This document shows, one piece after another, positions 47,100 to 56,771 of a stretch of DNA of 64,000 bases. Position 1 is the first letter of the stretch; each line of letters starts with the position of its first letter. The stretch spans positions 4,723 through 68,722 of the IMG/VR virus record IMGVR_UViG_3300042453_002197, one strand, 5' to 3'. A program made the position numbers and the translations under genes. The notes below the pieces were generated by a model that did not search any database, was not told the origin of the DNA, and saw nothing but the letters and a program-made list of their open reading frames with translations. The DNA comes from a virus.

Positions 47100-48366
47100 T
47101 GTGTTTTGTTAGAATGTTGACACATTTATCATAAAATAAATCATTGTGCAGATTCATACTAGATTGAAATAAATGATAGAACATTTCTCTATTGTTTTTA
47201 TCAACAAAAGTAGTACCTATTCCGTAAGATGGCATATCGTCTGCCAATGGCCATGGCTCAGTTCGTTTGTATGGTAACTTTTCATATCGTGATGGCATTA
47301 GTGTTTCCATAGGCAAATTAATTTCTTCTGCTCTATACGTTAGACTTTCGCCTACATCACCTTTATTGTTAGGAATAAAACTCGGTTTACCTAATAAATC
47401 AAAATATTCTCTAGAAATACATATTGCACTAGGAGCAATGTAGGTATGTCTGTTATTTTCTAAATGATTTGCACGTTGAATATTGCCAATCATAATATTT
47501 TTTTCAGCAGATTCAAACATGTACTGTAGTGCTTCAGTGCTTAGTGGTATACAATCTATATCCAACATCAATATCGTGTCGTAATTTTGTTCATAAAATA
47601 ATTTGTTAAAAGCATAATCAATAACTGCATCTGGGTAGACTACACCATCTGGTGCATTATACTTTAAATATTCAAAGTAACAATTAGGTATAGTGTTCAA
47701 CTTTTCTACAACTAATCTTTGATATTCAGCTACTCTGTCATCAACTTGAAAATTATTGTAGGTAAATATACAACGTTTTTTAACCGGTTTACTAGGTTTG
47801 TGTAGGTGATATACCCACATGTTAATTTGATGCAGTTGATATCCTATCTTTGGCAATATATCCAGAATTAGTGTGCAATCATTTGCAGCTTGCGGAAATT
47901 TTTGTATATTAGGATATGTAACAAAACTTTTTTTATTTACTACTAGTGGCTGATACCAACCCAAAGCATTGTAACGGACACTTGGTGTTTCTTGTTCATC
48001 AACATAATTTTGGAATTTGTCATATTGAAAAGTAGAATAATCACCGCAATCATATTTGATACATTCTGGCCCTTCTATCATTTTTCCAGGAGATTGCTCA
48101 ACTACATATCCTGTCAATATTGTTTTTTGATTTGAATATATCGGTATAAATTTATCCCAGTGCTTTGCGACGATCATGTCACTGCTGATTAGCACTACTG
48201 TATCGTATTTTGCTCTATAAACACCACGATTGAATGCATAATAAACATCAGTCTCATCTACTATTTCAACAATTTCATGTGGATATAAACTGTTTAATTT
48301 TAAGTAGTAGAAGAATCGTTCTATTTCTTTATTGGTGCTTAGGTAAGGAACTACTACGCTGTACAT
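47092..48366 (-). CDS. two-domain GT-A glycosyltransferase
   Basis: GT2-like N-terminus (YSVVVP, N.GV..AK.D); second domain with LDIDC DXD motif. Confidence 0.7.
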   Translation of the reverse strand: MYSVVVPYLSTNKEIERFFYYLKLNSLYPHEIVEIVDETDVYYAFNRGVYRAKYDTVVLISSDMIVAKHWDKFIPIYSNQKTILTGYVVEQSPGKMIEGPECIKYDCGDYSTFQYDKFQNYVDEQETPSVRYNALGWYQPLVVNKKSFVTYPNIQKFPQAANDCTLILDILPKIGYQLHQINMWVYHLHKPSKPVKKRCIFTYNNFQVDDRVAEYQRLVVEKLNTIPNCYFEYLKYNAPDGVVYPDAVIDYAFNKLFYEQNYDTILMLDIDCIPLSTEALQYMFESAEKNIMIGNIQRANHLENNRHTYIAPSAICISREYFDLLGKPSFIPNNKGDVGESLTYRAEEINLPMETLMPSRYEKLPYKRTEPWPLADDMPSYGIGTTFVDKNNREMFYHLFQSSMNLHNDLFYDKCVNILTKHND

Positions 48367-48367
48367 T

Positions 48368-49102
48368 TTAATGGTAATATTTAAAGTTTATTGGTTGAAT
48401 TTTGACATTCTTACCCACAAAATACTCAATGTTATGATAAATGATGTTTAATATTCTTTCAGCTAAAAATGCTAGCAATCTACGATCATTAGGTCTTTCT
48501 TTGTGCATATCATGCTGTATATGTTCTATTATATATTTGCATCCTTCGTATAGCTCAAAAACTATATCAAATAGTACGCTACAAACTCGGTCGAATAATT
48601 TTTTATGAGCAAAAAAAGAATTGCACGTTGATAAACTATTTTGAAAATGTAATTGATTAGCCATTGATTCAGTAATAGCTATTTTATTTTCTTTAATTGC
48701 TTGATACAACATTTTAACACCAATGTCTGTATGCCAATACGTAAATTGATTCCACACACTAATGTCACCAAAATAAACAAATTTAGATACGTATACAGTA
48801 CTACTATCTAATCGTATGCAATTAAGTTCATGATCATCATAAAATCTACAATATTGATTGACGCCAACGAATTCATTTCTGGTATTTTTCCATACCCAAT
48901 AAAGACCAGTTAAATCACCAATTAGGTGATTTAGATGTGAAATGTTATGAAATGTGTCATCTAAAATATAATCATTTCTTAAGCATTTATCTTTAACTTC
49001 TGTAGATAAAGCATGACTACCGCACATTATAACTTTTTGATTACATTGTGTGTGGCGTGGTTGTATATTATTGTGACTATTACAGTATAGTGTTAAATTC
49101 AT
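48368..49102 (-). CDS. DUF4422-like putative glycosyltransferase
   Basis: NIS.LN....LT.LYW.WKN, VG...Y.R, R..AFLAER. Confidence 0.7.
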   Translation of the reverse strand: MNLTLYCNSHNNIQPRHTQCNQKVIMCGSHALSTEVKDKCLRNDYILDDTFHNISHLNHLIGDLTGLYWVWKNTRNEFVGVNQYCRFYDDHELNCIRLDSSTVYVSKFVYFGDISVWNQFTYWHTDIGVKMLYQAIKENKIAITESMANQLHFQNSLSTCNSFFAHKKLFDRVCSVLFDIVFELYEGCKYIIEHIQHDMHKERPNDRRLLAFLAERILNIIYHNIEYFVGKNVKIQPINFKYYH

Positions 49103-49917
49103 TCTACGTCGATACTATTCCATATTGGCTGCCAATCTATATATGGATCTTTTTCCAGTTCTGTTTGCATATGAAAAGTTAAGCCATTTATTGGTGTCAC
49201 CCCTAGTACGCCTCGTTGTGTGAAAATATAATTTAGAGATTTATTTTCTAATTCTATAATATTGCCGCGAATAATTTTTTTGTTTATTAAATCGTAAAAA
49301 ATATCATACAAATCTGTGTGTTTTTTAAATTGATGATGACTAGTCAGAAAGCTACAGCTAGTGTCATACGTTTGCATCCAATAACTATGTTTGCCAGGTT
49401 CTATTAAACGTGGAATTGATCTACCTTTGTATGAACGAATAAAATCTGGATCAACATATGGACAAATTATAGGATGAGTTTCATAATTATTGTACAGATG
49501 ATAGAACATATCAACACTGTAATACAGTGATTTTTCGGTAAACAAGTAATCATCTTGTACTTGATACACTAAATTATTACCATTGGCTATTAGCCAATCA
49601 TAACAACTTTTAATGCTTTTCATTATTCCCACACCGTTAAGAGAAGTAAGTTCTATGTTAATATTATTACTTGAAAATTGTGCAATACGTTGTTTTATAA
49701 AATTAACTAAATTTTCTGTACAGTTGTCTTCGTAAATTTTTATATGATGTATGGTTTTTGTTTCAGTAACAGATAGATATTTTACGGCGTTAAGAAAAGA
49801 CTGAATTGATTTTTTACTTAATAGAGTTCTATCTTCTGTGCAAAATCTTTTACGGCCTTGAAAACTTGCTACATCGCATGTCTGCAATGCATAATGAATT
49901 TCAATTTTATCACTCAT
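49099..49917 (-). CDS. putative GT-A glycosyltransferase
   Basis: YQVQDDY motif; cluster context. Confidence 0.55.
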   Translation of the reverse strand: MSDKIEIHYALQTCDVASFQGRKRFCTEDRTLLSKKSIQSFLNAVKYLSVTETKTIHHIKIYEDNCTENLVNFIKQRIAQFSSNNINIELTSLNGVGIMKSIKSCYDWLIANGNNLVYQVQDDYLFTEKSLYYSVDMFYHLYNNYETHPIICPYVDPDFIRSYKGRSIPRLIEPGKHSYWMQTYDTSCSFLTSHHQFKKHTDLYDIFYDLINKKIIRGNIIELENKSLNYIFTQRGVLGVTPINGLTFHMQTELEKDPYIDWQPIWNSIDVE

Positions 49918-50645
49918 GTTTTATATCCAAGTAAATTATTATGCACTAGATCATATTTATAGCCATGCAAATTTAAAAAATTAACAATTTCATCAAAATA
50001 ATTATTTTGATTATCAAAATACTCTACAAAAATTACAGGCGAATCTCTTTTAATTGTATCAATACTACCGTGTAATATTTCAACATCCATACCTTCAGCA
50101 TCTATTTTTAATAGATCAAGATGACTAATATTATTTTCAAATACGAAGTTATCAACAGTAATTTGATTTATTATTGATTTTTCAGATTTTGAAATTATAT
50201 TATCAGTTTTTAAACTATAACGGCCAAAATTATTTCTAGTATTGTAATCTGGCTCAGATATTGAAATTTTAGAATTAGTATTACCTAATGCCATATTATG
50301 CGTATAAACATTAAAAATGTTATTTATAGCCAAATTACCGCATAACATTTGATATACCAATCTTTGTGGTTCAAAACTATAGATTTTTCCATTTGGAAAA
50401 TAATTTGCTAACCACATTGTAAAAGTACCAATATTTGCACCTATATCAAAAATGACTGGATTTTTTACATGTTTAATTCGTTCTATACAATGACTAGCTT
50501 CAACGGTAGAAGTATTTCCATGATCTAATATAAATTGACTAATACCTATTGCATTTTCATCATGATCAAATCTGTTTACAATTAACATACCATGATCTGA
50601 GGAAACTAATACGTTACGTCTAACTTTGTCATTTAAATAAAACAT
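49914..50645 (-). CDS. FkbM-family methyltransferase
   Basis: DIGANIG, SFEPQ, KIDAEG. Confidence 0.9.
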   Translation of the reverse strand: MFYLNDKVRRNVLVSSDHGMLIVNRFDHDENAIGISQFILDHGNTSTVEASHCIERIKHVKNPVIFDIGANIGTFTMWLANYFPNGKIYSFEPQRLVYQMLCGNLAINNIFNVYTHNMALGNTNSKISISEPDYNTRNNFGRYSLKTDNIISKSEKSIINQITVDNFVFENNISHLDLLKIDAEGMDVEILHGSIDTIKRDSPVIFVEYFDNQNNYFDEIVNFLNLHGYKYDLVHNNLLGYKT

Positions 50646-50649
50646 AAAA

Positions 50650-51258
50650 CTAGTTTTTTATAAGATGTACATATCTGCCTGGCTTATGAACACGAACAAA
50701 AATGTTAATCGTTTCACAAACGTTTGCTAGTGTATTCAAATTAACTTCCAGTGTTTTAAAACCTATAAGACCTTGTTCTTGTTGTGTTCTCCAGTATGGT
50801 ACTATGTTATAGGTAACATCATATATTTCTAGATCAACAGAATGATAAATTCCAAAAGTGCTTTCACTGCGACGTTGCTCTATAGTTTCAAAGTTATATC
50901 GCTGATCAAACATTTGAAACGTTTTGGCACTTAAAGGTCTTACGTGAGTATAGTCATCCCAGAACAAGTCACAGCGATGATGTGGTACACAAATATACCA
51001 CTCAGCTCCGTGTTTACTTACTCTATACATTTCTTTTATTACTTGAGTAAATACTTTAGGATTTTGACCCAAATGCTCTAATACATTGTCCGCAGTAATA
51101 CGTTCAAAAAAATCATCTTCCCAAGGCCATAGTGTTTGTTCCAAATCTAATACTTGATCTGGATTACATTTTGCCTCTATATCTACATTCCAATGATCGT
51201 TTAATTTTTTCCATCCACAACCTAGGTTTAGTTTTTTAGTTTCTGGTATAATATTCAT
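50650..51258 (-). CDS. SAM-dependent methyltransferase-like protein
   Basis: LNLGCG, LEHL, EMYRV, D.TH. Confidence 0.85.
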   Translation of the reverse strand: MNIIPETKKLNLGCGWKKLNDHWNVDIEAKCNPDQVLDLEQTLWPWEDDFFERITADNVLEHLGQNPKVFTQVIKEMYRVSKHGAEWYICVPHHRCDLFWDDYTHVRPLSAKTFQMFDQRYNFETIEQRRSESTFGIYHSVDLEIYDVTYNIVPYWRTQQEQGLIGFKTLEVNLNTLANVCETINIFVRVHKPGRYVHLIKN

Positions 51259-51917
51259 TACTTCCTCGTTTTAATTATTGTGTCACCCGGTAATTCATAC
51301 GCAAATAAATCTGTTTGTATTATGGCTACATCATCTGCCTTAATCATTACATCAGCACTTTCGTATATTCCACGATCCAACACTTTGTTGAATAAATTTC
51401 TTGCGGCAGCTGGATCTATTGAATAAGCATGTGCTTTGTTAATAAAATTCCAGTTATTATTTATTGATCTCATGTTTGGAACAAGTCTTTTTTTAAATGA
51501 TGCGTTAAAAGCTAAATCGTCTTTTGATCCCAAATATACAATGCCATTGTATATTTCGTGATGAAAGTAAGGCTTTATCATGATTGCATCATGTTCTAGT
51601 ATCACCAACGGTTGATCTTGCTCCATACATTTAACCCAAAGTGAAATATGACTCAAACTACATGCTATTTCAGCCAAACTTTGTAAATGATCTGTAACTT
51701 TGAGCCACTTCACCCAACTTTGATTAATCAAATGTTCTGGTATTATAATATCTGATCCTGTTCCATCAAATCCCGTGTAAAGTTCTGCTGACATATTAAC
51801 TTTATTACAACTATTTAAACATCTATTAGCTAAATCAAAACTAATAGGATTTGTTGGTATGTTAATAATATAAGCTTTTGATACTGATAGATTATAGCTT
51901 TGATATAGAGTTTTCAT
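51258..51917 (-). CDS. GT25-like glycosyltransferase
   Basis: FDG, E.AC.LSH..LW, ILEHDA, AHAY. Confidence 0.8.
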   Translation of the reverse strand: MKTLYQSYNLSVSKAYIINIPTNPISFDLANRCLNSCNKVNMSAELYTGFDGTGSDIIIPEHLINQSWVKWLKVTDHLQSLAEIACSLSHISLWVKCMEQDQPLVILEHDAIMIKPYFHHEIYNGIVYLGSKDDLAFNASFKKRLVPNMRSINNNWNFINKAHAYSIDPAAARNLFNKVLDRGIYESADVMIKADDVAIIQTDLFAYELPGDTIIKTRK

Positions 51918-53109
51918 ATAACAACTCACGCACTAACTTATTACACTTTTTAATTGATCCTGTCCAATCACATGGGACATCTTGATGCACGCACCAGGCA
52001 TCATGATACCATTTAGATTTACTTATGTCTGAATTATGATTCCAAGTAAAATATGCCGCAGCATGCATTAACACTATAGTGCATTTTCCCATAGACGCTG
52101 CTGCATGACTTATACTGGTGTCACATGTAACAACTATGTTGCATGTGTCTATTAAAGCAATTGTATCTTCCCATGTATCAAATGGAATATATCTAATTTG
52201 TTCGTTATGATGATCTATTTCTTTTTGTAAATTGATAATTTCACCAAATTCTTTTAAAGAATCAATCATTTGTTCAATTGGCAGTGTTCTTAATGTGGTT
52301 TCTACATGAGTTTTTTCTCCTTGAACACATAGTCCTATTCTTTTATCTTTTTTTGGATATTTCAAATTATAGGCATCAAGTATACGATAATCTGACTTAA
52401 TGTAAATATCATTCTCTGGTTGTTCAATTGACAAAATATTTGCCAAACTCATTATTGGTATTGCATATATGTTACTAACACTTTTGTCTAATTTAGATAC
52501 TGGTTGAACGTCAAAATTTCTTATAAATGTTTGCGTTAACCCTCCTCCATCAAAATAGATGTTTTTGCAAAACTTTTTAAGTTTAGGTATCCATCGAGAA
52601 AAAATAATCTGATCACCGAATCCAGACTCTTCCACAACTACTAAATGATCTACAACTGATCCATCCCATAATTTAAATTGATAATTTGGTTTTCTTTTCC
52701 ACCAATAATCGTTTTTTCTCGACTGTTCAGTTAAGTAAAAAGCTTCGGCAGTTTTTCCCTCTTTATGTTTAAACCAACTGACTGCAAGATTTCTCATCCT
52801 ATCATCTGAAATTTGCAATGCTACACTATATGCTTCATCGTGTCTATTAACATATCTAAGAAAATTGGACTTGTCTCGTTTAATTTCCCAGTTTTGATTT
52901 ATACCTAATTTTTCTTGTAACTCTAAAATACGCAAAGCATTTTGAACGTCATTACCAAGAAAGAAACACATTCGCATATTGGTATATATTTTATCTAGAA
53001 TAGATACATCTTTAATTTGTTTTGCTACTATAGACAATACGGTCGCAGAGTCTAAATAATTTTTTGTTTCAAACAGAAACTTTGCACCTTCAAGTAAATT
53101 ATCTAGCAT
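51892..53109 (-). CDS. TPR-like helical region plus GT9-like glycosyltransferase, paralog 2
   Basis: WDG, E.GFGD.I.FSR, WEDT.A.I...V.CDTS..H.A. Confidence 0.75.
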   Translation of the reverse strand: MLDNLLEGAKFLFETKNYLDSATVLSIVAKQIKDVSILDKIYTNMRMCFFLGNDVQNALRILELQEKLGINQNWEIKRDKSNFLRYVNRHDEAYSVALQISDDRMRNLAVSWFKHKEGKTAEAFYLTEQSRKNDYWWKRKPNYQFKLWDGSVVDHLVVVEESGFGDQIIFSRWIPKLKKFCKNIYFDGGGLTQTFIRNFDVQPVSKLDKSVSNIYAIPIMSLANILSIEQPENDIYIKSDYRILDAYNLKYPKKDKRIGLCVQGEKTHVETTLRTLPIEQMIDSLKEFGEIINLQKEIDHHNEQIRYIPFDTWEDTIALIDTCNIVVTCDTSISHAAASMGKCTIVLMHAAAYFTWNHNSDISKSKWYHDAWCVHQDVPCDWTGSIKKCNKLVRELLYENSISKL

Positions 53110-53683
53110 AATAAAAATCTTTATAACGTTGTGGCTTGTGAATTTTACATTCAATATAGATATCACTACCCACATTAGTGTAATGTCTACCCGCAAAATT
53201 GATACTCTCTATATTTTCTGGACTGTGGGCTAGGCTATTCCACGGTTCACTTAAATAGAAAAATTCTTTAACAACCTCAATATCTACATTACACATTAAA
53301 CCTAATTTAGTATGATGTCCTCCTGAATTCAAATCATCAAAATTGAACTTTTGATCAAACATACGAAGAGTGGTTGGTGCAATTTTACGAACATGTGTTG
53401 GGTCAATATGAAAAATATCACTATTGTAGTGAGGCACTGTAATCTTCCAAACGCAATTATGCTGACTAACTCTATACATTTCACTTATAAGAAACAAAAA
53501 TTTTTCAGTTGTTTCGCCTAAATGTTCTAGAGTATGAAATAAAATCATCTCACTGACTGATGAATCATCAAGTGGCCATACTTTTTCACAGTCAAAGAGT
53601 AAATCCGGAACACATAGATCGTCCTTGTCTACATTTATATAATCTTTAAGTTTATTAAATCCACACCCAACATTTAGTTTCAT
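53099..53683 (-). CDS. SAM-dependent methyltransferase-like protein
   Basis: LNVGCG, LEHL, EMYRV, DPTH; paralog of 50650..51258. Confidence 0.85.
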   Translation of the reverse strand: MKLNVGCGFNKLKDYINVDKDDLCVPDLLFDCEKVWPLDDSSVSEMILFHTLEHLGETTEKFLFLISEMYRVSQHNCVWKITVPHYNSDIFHIDPTHVRKIAPTTLRMFDQKFNFDDLNSGGHHTKLGLMCNVDIEVVKEFFYLSEPWNSLAHSPENIESINFAGRHYTNVGSDIYIECKIHKPQRYKDFYYAR

Positions 53684-54264
53684 AATTTTTGTATTACGAC
53701 TTCAATCGCACTTTCTGCAAAAGTGTATCTAGTTTGATCCACACCAAACATTGATTTGAAATTTAAGTTATCCAGTAACTCAATTTTTTTAATTCTTATA
53801 TCTTTTTTGTACAAAGACAATAAATCAAACAAATTAATACTCTTTACACACCATGATATATCTTTATTAATAGTAAATGAAAATTTGTGATCGCTATTAA
53901 ACGAGGATGGCCATTGGCCTTGCTCGTATAAATCTTCATCGGGGACTGTTATTACTAAATGTCCACGTGGTTTAATAACTCGCAACCAATTTTTTAGCGC
54001 AATATGTGGTGCAAACATATGTTCTAAACAATGACTGCTTACAGCAAAATTAAAAGTATTATCTTCTATTGTAGCGAGATATTGAGCATCACCATTGGAA
54101 ATATCCCATGAATAAATAGCATTAATTAGTGGAAAAAATTCACCATATTTTGCTAAACTGTCTTCACCAGCGCCTATATCAATCCCTGATCCAACAAAGT
54201 ATTCTCTAATAAATCTAGAATCATTTAAACGTCTGATAACAGACTTTTGCATTTCTTGTGCCAT
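53680..54264 (-). CDS. class I SAM-dependent methyltransferase
   Basis: GIDIGAG, SSHCLEH, RVIKP.G. Confidence 0.88.
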   Translation of the reverse strand: MAQEMQKSVIRRLNDSRFIREYFVGSGIDIGAGEDSLAKYGEFFPLINAIYSWDISNGDAQYLATIEDNTFNFAVSSHCLEHMFAPHIALKNWLRVIKPRGHLVITVPDEDLYEQGQWPSSFNSDHKFSFTINKDISWCVKSINLFDLLSLYKKDIRIKKIELLDNLNFKSMFGVDQTRYTFAESAIEVVIQKL

Positions 54265-54265
54265 G

Positions 54266-54859
54266 TTATTGTTTAAAATTATAACTTAAACTAATTCTCA
54301 GATGATTAGATTCATGTCTTTCCACAGCATGTAATAAATAACTCGGAAATACTATCAAAGTGCCAGGTACACTATTACATATTACTTGACTGACTGTTTC
54401 TTGAGATATACCAGATTGTTTCACATAATACATATTATTTACAGGACTATTTAAAAATATTCTAGCCCCGTCTTTCTCACATGTCAAAATATATATTGCT
54501 GAAACAACACTGGTAGGATGAACATGGTTTTCTTGAAAATCATTACGTTCATAAATATTAAACCACGAACCATTGTTAGTTAAGGATGATACATCTATAT
54601 TAACTTTTTTACAGTAAGTAAAAACTTCATTTATAACCCATGAGTTTAAATTAGCAAATTTTTTATCCGTAACAATTTCATATTTGCCATCACTTGTATT
54701 ATAAGTTTTATTTGATAGCCAACCTTGACCACCTGACTTTACTTGTGAACGTAAATTAATACAGTGTGATACTAGTTCATTTTGTATGATATCGTGATGT
54801 GGGTTAACCGAGGTTCCCACAAGTGTAGGGAAAAATGCGTTTATATCCATGCATTCCAA
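54266..54859 (-). CDS. Fe/2OG oxygenase (TIGR02466-like)
   Basis: SWFN, H.H, S.IY, FPS.L.H.V, RIS.S.N. Confidence 0.85.
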   Translation of the reverse strand: MECMDINAFFPTLVGTSVNPHHDIIQNELVSHCINLRSQVKSGGQGWLSNKTYNTSDGKYEIVTDKKFANLNSWVINEVFTYCKKVNIDVSSLTNNGSWFNIYERNDFQENHVHPTSVVSAIYILTCEKDGARIFLNSPVNNMYYVKQSGISQETVSQVICNSVPGTLIVFPSYLLHAVERHESNHLRISLSYNFKQ

Positions 54860-55635
54860 AAAATTTCTCTATTATATTGTTCATACAAATCTAAACCAAG
54901 ATATTCAACACAATTTACAGTTGTTTTATTAATCTCAGACTTTATTTTGTGTAAATTTGGCAATCCAACTGCATGATCATTATATATTTCATCTTGTTTT
55001 ATGTTTTGAAAATCATGATCAAAATGTGGTATTTCAAAAAAATCATATATTCTTTTTGTTTGTGCTTTTGGACTGCTGCAATATCTGTTGTAATCAACAA
55101 ATAAAAATCTATCTAAATAACCCATAATTATAGCGTCTTTAATATGTCTATGAGCTAATCCCATCGCACCATCTGGTCCCGCGTAATAATATGCTCGTCC
55201 CGCAATGCTACTACCCTCACGTAATGATAGATCGGCTCTAGTAAAAAATAATGGATTTTCTTTTCTAAGACGTTCAAAACTAGCCAGTATTTCGGCAGGA
55301 TTTCTTACACAAACAATTATTTTTACCTGGCGTTGCAGTACTTCCTCAACCGCGGCTAGTATAGGAATCCAACCACGATCTTTATCAAAGATTATAGGTT
55401 TTTCTATATGTGAGTAATATCCTTGTAAAATACCTGATAAAACACCACGTTTGGCTTGATAATTTGGATACTCTTGATTAGATTCAATAGAATTCCAATT
55501 AGCATTAACTGTTCCAAAAATTGAAGCTAACGAAGTCACAGATTCACCATGAATTTTTGGATTTTGTTTTAAAATATTTGTTATAAGAGTTGAGCCTGAT
55601 CTGGGTAATCCAGAAATAAAATGTAGAGTTTTCAT
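54841..55635 (-). CDS. sulfotransferase
   Basis: SGLPRSGSTL, K.I.CVRNP...LASF. Confidence 0.88.
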   Translation of the reverse strand: MKTLHFISGLPRSGSTLITNILKQNPKIHGESVTSLASIFGTVNANWNSIESNQEYPNYQAKRGVLSGILQGYYSHIEKPIIFDKDRGWIPILAAVEEVLQRQVKIIVCVRNPAEILASFERLRKENPLFFTRADLSLREGSSIAGRAYYYAGPDGAMGLAHRHIKDAIIMGYLDRFLFVDYNRYCSSPKAQTKRIYDFFEIPHFDHDFQNIKQDEIYNDHAVGLPNLHKIKSEINKTTVNCVEYLGLDLYEQYNREIFWNAWI

Positions 55636-55665
55636 TGAAGTATTTCCATTTAACTAGTATTTTAT

Positions 55666-56718
55666 TTACTCTGTACCAGTGTTATTGTTATTTTTTTTAG
55701 GATATTTAATTAACAATTCGTTTTTAACTTGCTCAAAAGTATCTTCCCATTTACTAAATTTTTTCTGTCTAAACACTGTGGTATTTTCTGTATACCAAGG
55801 ACTATGTCTGTCTCCATAAGCCCACACGTGATAAGGTAAAATTGGAATTATTACCCAAGTTTGTTTGCCCATGGCTGATGCTAAATGCGCAATGCTTGTG
55901 CATGATGAAATGACTAAATCTAAATTTTCAATACAAGCTGCGGTGTCTTCCCAGCTTATTAAAGTATGATTAAGATCAGATATAGCATCAGGTAATTCTC
56001 GTAGATCGTTATCACGTTGCAGTGAATACCATTGACAATGTGGGAATTCTTTGTGAATGTTAATCAACATTTCTGGTGGAAATATTCTAAATTGTTGATG
56101 TTCAAATTTAGGATTGCCACTCCAACGAATACCTATTTTTGGTTTATCTGATTTTATTAATGTTCTCCAAATTTCTATACTTTCTGATTTGGCAAAAATA
56201 TATGGGTCATTTGGTATTGTTTCTGCGGTGTGACCAAAAACCCAACTACAACTAAACCCTGGAATCCAAAAATCATGATATGTTGACTGAACTTGATCTA
56301 ATGTAATACATTCAGTAACACCTGGTATACGTAAAAATAATGAATGAATAGTTTTGTCGCAACATAATATGCATCTACCACCACGTCGCCAAACCTCAGT
56401 GGCAAATCTTGCCTGTATTATGTTATCGCCGTAACCACCCTCTAAATTTATAATTACTATTTTATTTTTTAAATCAGTTCCATCCCAAATAGGCTTTTGT
56501 GTAGACAATTTAGGTCCACCATATACACTAAGTGATCTACCATATTCAAGACATTGAAATCCTTCTTGAAATTTACCTTGATTAATCAAAAACCAACCTC
56601 TATTAAATTTTGCTCTATAATTATCTGGAACACTTGCCTCTAATTCTTGTGCGATTTTCCAAGCTTCATCAAATCTACCACGTATCATTAAATTTAATTG
56701 TTGATCTATCAAGTGCAT
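55666..56718 (-). CDS. TPR plus GT9-like glycosyltransferase, paralog 1
   Basis: N-terminal TPR; WDG, EGGYGD.I..ARF, GI.W.G, YSLQ, EDTAA.I..LDLVIS. Confidence 0.8.
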   Translation of the reverse strand: MHLIDQQLNLMIRGRFDEAWKIAQELEASVPDNYRAKFNRGWFLINQGKFQEGFQCLEYGRSLSVYGGPKLSTQKPIWDGTDLKNKIVIINLEGGYGDNIIQARFATEVWRRGGRCILCCDKTIHSLFLRIPGVTECITLDQVQSTYHDFWIPGFSCSWVFGHTAETIPNDPYIFAKSESIEIWRTLIKSDKPKIGIRWSGNPKFEHQQFRIFPPEMLINIHKEFPHCQWYSLQRDNDLRELPDAISDLNHTLISWEDTAACIENLDLVISSCTSIAHLASAMGKQTWVIIPILPYHVWAYGDRHSPWYTENTTVFRQKKFSKWEDTFEQVKNELLIKYPKKNNNNTGTE

Positions 56719-56771
56719 TTAAAAAACCCTCATTATTGATATATTTACTTTTATCTTTCAACTAAAATTTT

